Source of the DNA: a bacterium
Lineage (GTDB): Bacteria; Electryoneota; Electryoneia; Electryoneales; Electryoneaceae
Direction: 5' to 3'
Assembly (NCBI GenBank): GCA_963675295.2
Contig: CAXXKJ010000002.1
Span: 3,008,001 to 3,072,000, forward strand
DNA: 64,000 nt
Shown piece after piece: positions 40,032-48,769 of the stretch. Under the pieces are notes generated by a model. The model saw only the letters and a program-made list of their open reading frames with translations, was not told where the DNA came from and ran no database searches. Made by a program: the position numbers and the translations under genes. Numbering within the stretch: the first letter of the stretch is position 1; every line of letters begins with the position of its first letter.

Positions 40032-41384
40032 TCAGCTGGGTGGGAACGGAAGATTTTTCGGCATCATGCCCTTCGGCATGCCCCGCATCATCTTCTTCTG
40101 GCCACCCATTTTCTTCATCATTTTTTTCATCGCGGTAAACTGGTTCAACAGGCGATTGACATCCTGCACCTTCACTCCGCTGCCTGCCGCAATCCGTTTC
40201 CGGCGGCTGCCGCGAATGATGCCCGGTTTCTGCCGTTCTTCCGGGGTCATCGACAGAATGATCGCCTCGGTACGCTTCAGCTCGCTGCCGTCCAGTTCGA
40301 CGTTCTTCAGCGCCTTGTTTGCGCCGGGAATCATCTTCAACAGGCCCTCAAGCGGGCCCATCTTCTTGATCTGGCGGATCTGCTTAAGGAAATCCTCCAG
40401 GTCGAACTGCTGCGCCTGCATCTTCTGCGCAAGCTTCAGCGCTTCCTTCTCGTCGACGGCTTCCTGCGCCTTTTCAACGAGCGAGACCACATCCCCGAGT
40501 CCGAGAATGCGATCAGCCATCCGTGACGGATGGAATTCTTCAAACTCATCCAGCTTTTCGCCGATACCGGCAAAACGGATCGGCACGCCGGTAACTTCAC
40601 GAATCGAAAGTGCCGCACCGCCACGTGCGTCGCCATCCAGCTTCGTCAGGATGACACCTGTCACCCCGAGCTGGTTCGCGAACGCCTGTGCGGAGTTGAC
40701 GGCGTCCTGCCCGGTCATGCCATCCGCGACGAACAGAATTTCCGACGGACGCAGCTGCTTCTTGATCTCGCGCAGCTCATCCATCAACGCTTCGTCGATG
40801 TGCAGACGGCCGGCGGTGTCGACGATCAGCGTGTCACGGCCCTTCTGACGGGCTTCGTCACGCGCGGCCATCGCCGTCTTCACCGGGTCCTTGTGTTCAC
40901 GCTGAGCGTGAACCGGCACGTTGACCTGTTCGCCGACGCGTTCGAGCTGATCGACCGCAGCCGGGCGCTGTAGGTCGCACGCCGCAAGCATGGGACGCAG
41001 CCCACGCTTGGTCAGGTACTTGCCAAGCTTACCGGAGCTGGTCGTTTTACCCGACCCCTGCAGACCGACCATCATGATCACGGTCGGCGTATCCTTGCTC
41101 CGGCGCAGTGGTTCGAAGGTCTGCCCTAGCAGATGGACAAGTTCATCATGGATGATCTTGATCACCTGCTGACCCGGAGTGACCGACTTCGTCACTTCCT
41201 GGCCGACAGCCCGCTCTTCCACCTTCTTCAGGAACGACTTCGCGACCTTGAAATTGACGTCCGCTTCGAGCAGAATGCGCCGTACTTCGCGCAATGCTGC
41301 CTGAACGTCCTCTTCGTTCAGTCGGCCACGGCCTTTGATCGTTTGAAAAAAGCCGTCGAGTTTGTCCTGAAGTTCACCAAACAT
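40032..41384 (-). CDS. ffh: Signal recognition particle protein
   Basis: LLEADV, GLQGSGKTT, DTAGR, TKLDGDARGGAALS, RILG.GD, SMTPEER, Met-rich M domain. Confidence 0.98.
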   Translation of the reverse strand: MFGELQDKLDGFFQTIKGRGRLNEEDVQAALREVRRILLEADVNFKVAKSFLKKVEERAVGQEVTKSVTPGQQVIKIIHDELVHLLGQTFEPLRRSKDTPTVIMMVGLQGSGKTTSSGKLGKYLTKRGLRPMLAACDLQRPAAVDQLERVGEQVNVPVHAQREHKDPVKTAMAARDEARQKGRDTLIVDTAGRLHIDEALMDELREIKKQLRPSEILFVADGMTGQDAVNSAQAFANQLGVTGVILTKLDGDARGGAALSIREVTGVPIRFAGIGEKLDEFEEFHPSRMADRILGLGDVVSLVEKAQEAVDEKEALKLAQKMQAQQFDLEDFLKQIRQIKKMGPLEGLLKMIPGANKALKNVELDGSELKRTEAIILSMTPEERQKPGIIRGSRRKRIAAGSGVKVQDVNRLLNQFTAMKKMMKKMGGQKKMMRGMPKGMMPKNLPFPPS

Positions 41385-41437
41385 GAAAACCAGTTGTGAG
41401 CCTTGAGCGGTGAGCTCTGATCTCAACAACTCCTTTT

Positions 41438-41632
41438 CGTCTTACGTCCTGGGTCCTGAGTCCTGAGCAAAAACAACAACCCACAGCCTCAATTTGTCAG
41501 GATCTGTATCGTCACGTCCTGGATTCGCATCCAGGAAACTGCCGCGAAACAATCTGCTCGGATGTACATGCCCTCGGACTTAAAACCGGTGTCTTGATAT
41601 TCTCAAGACTCAGGACACAAGACTCAGGACTG
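41438..41632. repeat. Inverted pair of heptamer arrays enclosing hairpins
   Basis: CGTCTTA CGTCCTG GGTCCTG AGTCCTG (41438-41467) is complementary to CTCAAGA CTCAGGA CACAAGA CTCAGGA (41602-41632). A partial TGCCC element lies at 41565-41591. Confidence 0.7.
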
Positions 41633-42109
41633 ACAATACCGTTTCACCACTTCTGCGATGACATTCGTTGTCGAACGCCCTTTCACCAGCGGCACGATCT
41701 CAACCCGCCCGCCGTGGGCTTCGACAATATCCTTGCCGACAACATCCTCCGGCTTCCAGTCACCGCCCTTGACCAGCACATCCGGCTTGAGTGCCTCGAT
41801 CAGCTCGAACGGTGTATCCTGCTCGAACAGCGTGACTCGGTCTACCGCCCTGAGGGCTCCCATCACCCGGGCACGATCTGTCCCAGGCACAACCGGCCGG
41901 TTTTCGCCTTTCAAGCGGCGGACGCTGGCGTCGGAGTTGAGCCCGAGGATCAGCGCATCTCCGAAGGTACGCGCGATTTCCAGCAGCTCGACATGGCCTG
42001 CATGCAGAATGTCAAAACAACCGTTGGTGAACACCACGCTCCTGCTTTCGGAGCGCATTTGTTCACGCCATTGGCGCGCTTCGTCCCATGAAACCGTCAC
42101 GCTATTCAT
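41624..42109 (-). CDS. rfaE2: D-glycero-beta-D-manno-heptose 1-phosphate adenylyltransferase
   Basis: VFTNGCFDILHAGH, GLNSDASVRRLKG..RP, PDVLVKGGDW, STT. Confidence 0.95.
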   Translation of the reverse strand: MNSVTVSWDEARQWREQMRSESRSVVFTNGCFDILHAGHVELLEIARTFGDALILGLNSDASVRRLKGENRPVVPGTDRARVMGALRAVDRVTLFEQDTPFELIEALKPDVLVKGGDWKPEDVVGKDIVEAHGGRVEIVPLVKGRSTTNVIAEVVKRYCQS

Positions 42110-42280
42110 CGTGGGATCTCCGGGCTGAGCCAGGGCGCGCGCCGCCCGGCCATCACAGAAAGAAGGCCCCACGCTGGAGCCTTCATCGCTTTAAACCGTA
42201 CTTATGGCGCGGGATAGACTACCTCAGGCTGACCTCATGCTGTTGTGCTCCCCAGCTTGATTGACCCCGGCCAACGGGTG

Positions 42281-42354
42281 TGGGCGATACAAGAATCGAA
42301 CTTGTGACCTCTGGTATGTGAGACCAGCGCTCTAACCAACTGAGCTAATCGCCC
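42281..42354 (-). tRNA. tRNA-Val(CAC), CCA not encoded
   Basis: GGGCGATTAGCTCAGTTGGTTAGAGCGCTGGT-CTCACAT-ACCAGAGGTCACAAGTTCGATTCTTGTATCGCCCA forms a cloverleaf. Confidence 0.96.
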
Positions 42355-42489
42355 GTATCCATGATCGGAACACGCTTCGCGCGGATTATCCTTCCGAACG
42401 TACCGGTTCCTCTTCAAGGCAACGAATGTACGACGAGAGCTCCACTTGCGCAAGACGGAACGGCCTTACGCGAGGCGTGGCTCTCTTCT

Positions 42490-43476
42490 TTAGTCGCGCA
42501 ACTCGTCCAGCAGTGCCGCCGGGGTAATCGGAACCACGCCGACGCGTCCAACCACATACTCAGCCGCCATGGTGGCCAGCCGTGCAGCCTGTTCGGGTTC
42601 GAGACCACTGACCAACGCCAGCGTGATGGTGCTGATGACGGTGTCGCCGGCGCCGGAAACATCCGAGATGCGGCGTGGTTTGGTTTCGATGTGTACCGGC
42701 TCGTGTTCGTTCTCCAGCAGCGTCATGCCCTGCGCGCCGCGGGTGATGAGGACGTGCTCAGCGTTCAACCGGCGCTTCAGCTCACGGCAGGCGTTTTCGA
42801 CGTCTTCGTCCGTAACGATCTCGCGGCCCAGCGCATTGGACGCTTCCCTCAGGTTCGGCTTGAAGAGGGTCGAATCGACGTAATCAAAGAAATGGTTCGA
42901 CTTCGGATCGACGGTGACAGGTACCCCCTTCTCCCGCGCCAGCGAAATGCTCTCACGGATCAGGGTTCGTGTCAACAGGCCCTTGTTGTAGTCCTGCAGG
43001 ATGACGGCGTCCGCCCCGCGCAGTGACTGGCTCATCCGATCCATCACTTCGTCCTGGATCTCACGTGGCGCAATGCCGGTTTTTTCCCGGTCGACACGCA
43101 GCAGCTGCTGGTTGCCGGAGATGACACGCGTCTTGACCGTCGTCGGACGCTCGTCCGTGACCACCAGCCCGTTCGGACTCGCCCCCTGGCTGCTCAGCAG
43201 TTCGGCCAGTTCGCGGCCGTTGTCGTCATTGCCGATCAATCCGACCGGGATACAATTCGCGCCGAGGCTGGTCAGGTTAAGCACCACGTTTCCCGCGCCG
43301 CCGGGCCGCTGCTGATCCTCGGTCACCTCGACGACCGGCACCGGCGCTTCCGGGCTAATGCGTTTCACCGCACCCCAGATGTAGCGGTCGAGCATGAAGT
43401 CGCCGACGACAACGATGCGTTTGCCACGCATAGAGCGCAGCGAAGTTTGAATGAGGTCGCGGGTCAACTGAACCAT
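42490..43476 (-). CDS. rfaE1: D-glycero-beta-D-manno-heptose 7-phosphate kinase
   Basis: GDFMLDRY..G...RISPEAPVPVV, GGAGNV, KTRV, DYNKG, VDPK, DVSGAGDTV. Confidence 0.95.
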   Translation of the reverse strand: MVQLTRDLIQTSLRSMRGKRIVVVGDFMLDRYIWGAVKRISPEAPVPVVEVTEDQQRPGGAGNVVLNLTSLGANCIPVGLIGNDDNGRELAELLSSQGASPNGLVVTDERPTTVKTRVISGNQQLLRVDREKTGIAPREIQDEVMDRMSQSLRGADAVILQDYNKGLLTRTLIRESISLAREKGVPVTVDPKSNHFFDYVDSTLFKPNLREASNALGREIVTDEDVENACRELKRRLNAEHVLITRGAQGMTLLENEHEPVHIETKPRRISDVSGAGDTVISTITLALVSGLEPEQAARLATMAAEYVVGRVGVVPITPAALLDELRD

Positions 43477-43480
43477 TGCA

Positions 43481-44392
43481 TCACTCCACGTGCTCAGGGC
43501 GTGTTTTCCAGCGTCTGTGCAGCCACAGCCATTGTTCGGGATGGCGTCGAATATAGCTTTCCAGGGTGCGGGTGAGCTCTGCGGTCAGCTCCACGATGTC
43601 TCGCTCGCGGTCACCCGTCCTCGGAATCTCGACCTCGCGGAAGCGGAAATGGATGCGTCCGTCCTTTTCGCGCCAGCTTTCGAACGCCAGCACCGTCGGC
43701 CGCCGTTTAACCGCGAAGGTTGCCACGCCCCGGAAGGTGGAGGCTTGCCGTCCGAAGAACGGGACGAAGACGCCGTCCCGGCGTGCGTCCTGATCCATCA
43801 GCATCGCGACAATGCGCTTGCGTTTCAAAGCGTCCAGCACGCCACGGCCGGCGTCATTGCGTTTCACAATCTCGATGCCTGCCGCACGGCGATGATGGTC
43901 GATCAATTCTTCGATCAGCGGGTTCGACTGTTGCGCGACGACGTACGTGGTGGGATAACCCTTCCACGCCGCCCACGCGCCGACCAACTCCCAGTTGCCG
44001 AGGTGCCCGCTGACCACGATTCCGCCTTGGTCATCTGCCGCAGCCTTATCCAGCGCCCGCAGGCTCTCCTCGTCGGTGGCGACCCACTTGTCGAAGGATC
44101 CGTCAACCAGCACCGGAATCCGCGCCAGCTCCCCTGCAACAGCACCGAAGTGCGAATACACCCGCCGCACGGTCTTTTTCCGCCAGTCGAGGGTGCTGTC
44201 CGGGAAGGCGTGCTCCAGGTTATCCACCGCGACCTCGACACGGATGTGCAACAGATCATGGATCAGAGTTGCGAGGATGCTGCCCAGTCGTTGCGTCGAG
44301 CGATGCGGGAGTGCTCGGAAGACGGTCGCGACGAGTTTCGCGGCCGTTTCCTCGAGAATCATCAGCCAACGTGGTTTCTTGTGACGGCCCAT
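43481..44392 (-). CDS. Lipid A late acyltransferase (LpxL/HtrB family)
   Basis: NL..AFP, HLGNWE, MDQD, VPFFG..AST, IR.HPEQWLWLHRRWK. True start is MGRHKK, not the longer ORF call. Confidence 0.9.
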   Translation of the reverse strand: MGRHKKPRWLMILEETAAKLVATVFRALPHRSTQRLGSILATLIHDLLHIRVEVAVDNLEHAFPDSTLDWRKKTVRRVYSHFGAVAGELARIPVLVDGSFDKWVATDEESLRALDKAAADDQGGIVVSGHLGNWELVGAWAAWKGYPTTYVVAQQSNPLIEELIDHHRRAAGIEIVKRNDAGRGVLDALKRKRIVAMLMDQDARRDGVFVPFFGRQASTFRGVATFAVKRRPTVLAFESWREKDGRIHFRFREVEIPRTGDRERDIVELTAELTRTLESYIRRHPEQWLWLHRRWKTRPEHVE

Positions 44393-44549
44393 GGCGCGTA
44401 TACTGTCGTCTGGTAGATGGTCGTGGCAAGGCAGAACGTAGCAAACGAAGATGCGGTGGAACTCCTCCCGGGAGCCAACGGTGCAACGGTCGGAGTTCGG
44501 CAGAACACACGCAATCAGGCAGGATTCACCCTCACGAACAGACCCGTCC

Positions 44550-46595
44550 ATGAGCCGACGTGATTCGATACAACGTGGTTTACCGTTGCTGCTGGTTATT
44601 GTTCTGGTGGCCACCGGTTTCGCGCAAACTCCACAACAGCGCCGAAATTCCAGTTCGCCGCAGAATTCCCAGCCCGATACCCTGCTGTGGCAGGCGCAAC
44701 CGGAAACGTTGCGCATCGACCGCACGTTGCAGCCGGAACCGATTCGTCCCAACTTCAACCCCTTCCAGGATGTCGAGCAGAGTACCGAGGAAGCAGCGCA
44801 ACGGCGGCAGCTATCGCAGATGAACAATGCCGCGCGCCAGTTCGAGTTCATGGGGCAGCACGAACGCGCGCTCGACATGTACCAGCGGATGTATGATATC
44901 GATCCGGACAGCCGGCAGGCGTACGACGGTCTGAAACGTACCCTCGGCGCGCTCGGACAGTGGGATACGCTGGAATTGCTGATCCGCGAACGGATGGTGA
45001 ATCCATCCGGCTGGAGCGACCGTGCCAGCCTGCTCGCGGAACTGGGCGGCGCGTTGTACAAGTCCGGGCAGATGGCGCGTGCGGACTCGGCGTGGGATGC
45101 TGCGTTGCGTGAACCGCCGGTCTCCCAGCGCAATTACCAGGAGGTCGCGGGCGTACAACTGCGGTTGCGGCTGATGGAAGAAGCAATCGACACCTACAAG
45201 CAGGGCCGGGAGGATCTGAACAACCCGACCCTGTACGCGATCAACCTCGCCAGCCTCTTCACCGGCATCATGAACTGGGAGGACGCGACCAGCGAATTCC
45301 TGCTCGTGCTGCGTGAAAACGACCGCCGGGTGCACTATGTCCGGCGCGGACTGGCCAACTATCCGGATACTCCCGCCGCCAACGACGCGGTGATCGAAGG
45401 GATTGAGCGCGAGCTGGACGCGACCCGTCGCAACGAACCGTGGCCAGGGCATCGTGCCCAGTTGCACGAGCTGCTGGTCGATCAGCGTACCAAGAACGGG
45501 CAGTACGAGGAAGCACTGGAAGCGGTCGCGGAGCTGGACAACCTGCTCAGTGCGCACGGTGATCGCCTGCTGCGATTCGCGGCGGATGCGATCAACGAAG
45601 GGTATGAGGATGTCGCCGCTGAGGCGCTGGACATCGCGGCGGAACGGCTACGAGATCCGGAAGGCGCGGATGTTGTCAACCTGATGCGTGCCCAGGTCGC
45701 GCAGGTGGAACAGGACTTCCAGCGCGCGGATTCGCTATTTACCGTGGTGCTCGATGAGCCGGCGTCCGCACGTGTCGAACGGTCGGCGTTGATGAGCCGT
45801 GGGCTGGTCCGTTTGCAATTCCTCGACCGGGCGAAAGACGCGGCAAAGGATTTCCGTGGCGTGCGCACCCTCGGCTGGCCCGAGTATGACCGTCGGCTGG
45901 ATTACTACGAAGCCATCGCGCTGGTGCGGATCGACAGCCTGGACGCTGCCCTGATTCCGCTCGAGCGTCCGACTCAACGCGAGCGGCCGGAACGGGATAC
46001 CCACGTTGGCGTCGAAACCGAGCAGGGCGTGATCACCGACGCCGACCTGACCCATCTCGCCGCGCGGATCCTCTTGTGGCAGGGTGACAAGGATGCGGCG
46101 TCCACGTTGCTCGATTCGGTGCTCAGTCCGCCGGTTGGCGCGTCCGCGGAAAACGAAACTCTGCTACTGCTGCAGTTGCTGACGACAACGCAGGATACGG
46201 CCGCTCTGGACCTCTATGCCGAAGCCGACCACGCCGGATTCCGGGGGGACACGGCGCGTGCGTTGACGTTACTCGACTCGCTGGCGCAGAACGAGGAAAC
46301 GCCGGAGATGCTGCGTGTCGAAGCGGGCTACAACGCGGCCCTGCTGCGGCTCGACGGCGGCGACACACAGGCAGTGGTAGATTTCGCGAATGCCAATCCC
46401 GGGCATCCGAAAGTCGAAGAGGCGTGGTACCTGCTCGGGCAGTGGTGGGAAGCACAGGGTAACGCGGACGAAGCGTCGATTGCTTACGAGATGGTGCTGC
46501 TCGACTTCCCGGACGGTTTGTTGCAGGCGCTCGCGCGGCTGCGACTGGAAGAGCTGACGCTGCAGGAATTTCTCCCCGAACCGGCGGAGGGGTGA
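44550..46595 (+). CDS. Secreted/periplasmic tetratricopeptide-repeat protein
   Basis: Signal peptide, repeated helical TPR-like units, terminal Y..VL.DFPDG....ARLRL. Confidence 0.8.
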   Translation: MSRRDSIQRGLPLLLVIVLVATGFAQTPQQRRNSSSPQNSQPDTLLWQAQPETLRIDRTLQPEPIRPNFNPFQDVEQSTEEAAQRRQLSQMNNAARQFEFMGQHERALDMYQRMYDIDPDSRQAYDGLKRTLGALGQWDTLELLIRERMVNPSGWSDRASLLAELGGALYKSGQMARADSAWDAALREPPVSQRNYQEVAGVQLRLRLMEEAIDTYKQGREDLNNPTLYAINLASLFTGIMNWEDATSEFLLVLRENDRRVHYVRRGLANYPDTPAANDAVIEGIERELDATRRNEPWPGHRAQLHELLVDQRTKNGQYEEALEAVAELDNLLSAHGDRLLRFAADAINEGYEDVAAEALDIAAERLRDPEGADVVNLMRAQVAQVEQDFQRADSLFTVVLDEPASARVERSALMSRGLVRLQFLDRAKDAAKDFRGVRTLGWPEYDRRLDYYEAIALVRIDSLDAALIPLERPTQRERPERDTHVGVETEQGVITDADLTHLAARILLWQGDKDAASTLLDSVLSPPVGASAENETLLLLQLLTTTQDTAALDLYAEADHAGFRGDTARALTLLDSLAQNEETPEMLRVEAGYNAALLRLDGGDTQAVVDFANANPGHPKVEEAWYLLGQWWEAQGNADEASIAYEMVLLDFPDGLLQALARLRLEELTLQEFLPEPAEG

Positions 46596-46600
46596 GTGAC

Positions 46601-46670
46601 GGGCTCTGGGCTCTGGGCTCTGGGCTCTGGGCTCTAGGTGCTGGGTTCCGGGCTCCGGTCGGCGGTCGGC
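46601..46670 (+). repeat. Heptamer array: (GGGCTCT)x5 plus degenerate units
   Basis: Five perfect units at 46601-46635, just after the TPR gene stop. Confidence 0.92.
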
Positions 46671-46696
46671 AACGGGTTCATGTGCGCCTGATGTGA

Positions 46697-46734
46697 TGTG
46701 CCCCTGATGGCTGTGCCAGCAGGGAAAATCCACG
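46697..46734. repeat. Truncated TGTGCCC structured repeat copy
   Basis: TGTGCCCCTGATGGCTGTGCCAGCAGGGA matches 23810-23838 with 1 mismatch. Confidence 0.8.
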
Positions 46735-46759
46735 CTAAATCAACTAAGAACGGTGCGAT

Positions 46760-46791
46760 AAAAAAGCCCGGCATCACGTGGATGCCGGGCT
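46760..46791 (-). terminator. Intrinsic terminator of the first T9SS cargo gene
   Basis: AGCCCGGCATC/GATGCCGGGCT stem with T6 on the minus strand. Confidence 0.85.
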
Positions 46792-46837
46792 GTCTTGTCT
46801 TATCTGAGTACTGATCACTGAGCACTGGCCACTGTCC

Positions 46838-48499
46838 TTACCGGACGAGCATCACCTTCTGAGTGGTGTTCAGCTTGCCCGGGACGGTCGCACGAACGAA
46901 GTACAGTCCGCTGGCCAGGTTGTGCGCGTCGAAGGTCAACTTGTGCTCACCGGCGGTGTAACGGCCGTTCGCCAATTCGGTTACCAGCTGACCGGTCACG
47001 TTGTAGACCTGAACCTTCAGATCAGACGCTTCCGGCAGGGCAACCGCGACTGTCGTGGACGGGTTGAACGGGTTCGGATACGCACTGCCCATCGCAAACT
47101 CGGTCGGCAGGCTGACCAGTTCGCCGTTGGCATCAGCAGCCAGTTCCGCGAAACGTTCGGCGCCCGTGGCGGTCCAGTCTTCCGGGTTGAACTCAAACTC
47201 GGCGTCCGAGGTCGGGCCTTCCTTGAAGACGTAGAACTGGTCCATCATCTGCATGTTCGGATTGTTGTACGACCCGACATACGCCTTGAACCAGTAGCCA
47301 CCGCCTGGAGCGAGATCCGGGAAGTACTGGGTCATGCCAAGCACTTCAAAGTTGAAGAACGCCGGAATGGTGAAGTTGATCCGGCTCACCGGGCCAAACA
47401 GCTGACCGTTCGGGAACAGGATTTGGGTCCAGTACGAACCATTCGGGAACGGCTGCCCGATCTGACCGGTGAAGTAGACGTCATAGACCACATCGCCGCC
47501 GCCTTCCGGCACCACGGAAACCTGCGGAATCAGGTTGAAGATGATGCCTTCCGGATCGGTGTCCGCGAGCACGCCGACATTTTCCACACCGGCATACCAG
47601 CCCCAGCTACCGAGGTCATCATAGTACCAGCTGAACATGACGGCATCCGCGCCGAACACGTCGTCTGTGACGTCAAACGAAGCGTTCAGGTTGCCGCCGG
47701 TATCATCGCTGACGGTGAAGATGACAGTCCACGTCGCGCCGGAATCCAGCGACCACGCGGTCTCCATCATTTCGTTTTCGTATTCCTGGAAGTAGTACTC
47801 GTAGCTGAGTACCACCGCGGCAGCCTCGCTGATGTCCACATCCGGCGTCAGCAGACGTTCCATCAGGTGCACGCTGCTGCCCGGGTAGTCGGAGTCGACG
47901 AGCATGTACGGCGTCGAGAACAGGCCACGTGAGTTCGGGATCGTGCCATCATCGACCGTCCACGTACCCGAGGCGACTGTCGTTTCGACAGCCCAGTCAG
48001 CTGGGAAGCCGTCGTCGAAATCTTCCAGCAACGCCCAGTCCGCCGGATCGAACCAGATCATCGTCACCGGGCCGGCCGGGGTCGATTCGCCGTCCGTGTA
48101 GTACGCGGTCACTTCGTAGTCGTAGGAACCGAAGTCCGGCAGCAGGTCAAAGTAGGTTTCGTCCGTGGCGGCACCGATGTATTCACCTTCACGGTAGACA
48201 CGGTATTCGACGAACTCTTCGAGGTCATCGGTGTTGTTCCACTGCTGCATCGCCTGGTTCCAGAGACGCGGATCGATCCGGAAACGCGGGGTGCGCTTCT
48301 GGTCGTCCGGCGTGTCGACTTCCGGCTCAAATACGCTCTGCTGCAGCACCGCGTCGGCGGCGACCGGAGCCGACCAGGTCAATGTGACACCACCAGTGTT
48401 CTGATCAATGGTACCTGCCAGATTGGTCGGCGGGTTCTGCGCGAATGCAGGTGCGACACAGATTGCCAGCAGCAACAACCCCAGCAACGTCTTTTTCAT
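46838..48499 (-). CDS. T9SS-CTD secreted protein: Fn3 + jelly-roll (MAM/cleaved-adhesin-like) + pre-CTD domain
   Basis: Signal peptide, PPTNL..V.LTW, YRVYR, EDFDDG.P..W, AYPNPFNP...LASGLYF...KVMLVR. Confidence 0.85.
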   Translation of the reverse strand: MKKTLLGLLLLAICVAPAFAQNPPTNLAGTIDQNTGGVTLTWSAPVAADAVLQQSVFEPEVDTPDDQKRTPRFRIDPRLWNQAMQQWNNTDDLEEFVEYRVYREGEYIGAATDETYFDLLPDFGSYDYEVTAYYTDGESTPAGPVTMIWFDPADWALLEDFDDGFPADWAVETTVASGTWTVDDGTIPNSRGLFSTPYMLVDSDYPGSSVHLMERLLTPDVDISEAAAVVLSYEYYFQEYENEMMETAWSLDSGATWTVIFTVSDDTGGNLNASFDVTDDVFGADAVMFSWYYDDLGSWGWYAGVENVGVLADTDPEGIIFNLIPQVSVVPEGGGDVVYDVYFTGQIGQPFPNGSYWTQILFPNGQLFGPVSRINFTIPAFFNFEVLGMTQYFPDLAPGGGYWFKAYVGSYNNPNMQMMDQFYVFKEGPTSDAEFEFNPEDWTATGAERFAELAADANGELVSLPTEFAMGSAYPNPFNPSTTVAVALPEASDLKVQVYNVTGQLVTELANGRYTAGEHKLTFDAHNLASGLYFVRATVPGKLNTTQKVMLVR

Positions 48500-48709
48500 C
48501 TTGCTCCCTCCCAGCTTGTCACGGGCGCCATCTGATTGAACAACAGCGGAACCGTGCTATGTCAACGTTACATGAATGTGCGATCTATTAGCATACGTCA
48601 TCCAGAGGCAAGAACAGAGCTCACCCCCTATTCGTTCCGACGTGTAAATATACCTCATCCGCAGCACGATAAAAACCTGGAGTCCGAATTCTGTGAAATT
48701 CTCTCAGTC

Positions 48710-48738
48710 AAAAAGGCCGGGCTCCGAGGCCCGGCCTT
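48710..48738 (-). terminator. Intrinsic terminator
   Basis: AAGGCCGGGC/GCCCGGCCTT stem with T5 on the minus strand. Confidence 0.85.
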
Positions 48739-48769
48739 ACATGGATTGAAAGTTCTGAAACAGTTCAGA

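Noticed and set aside
38782-40848. 688-aa plus-strand ORF
   Set aside because: Antisense shadow of rimM-rpsP-ffh; GC-rich codon bias leaves few stops on the opposite strand.
42281-42354. tRNA-Val as a prophage or island attachment site
   Set aside because: No integrase, no duplicated tRNA 3' end noticed, and the flanking rfaE1/rfaE2 genes are an intact pair.
43481-45133. 550-aa version of the lipid A acyltransferase
   Set aside because: The N-terminal 247 aa largely overlap the TPR gene on the opposite strand; family similarity begins at MGRHKK (44392).
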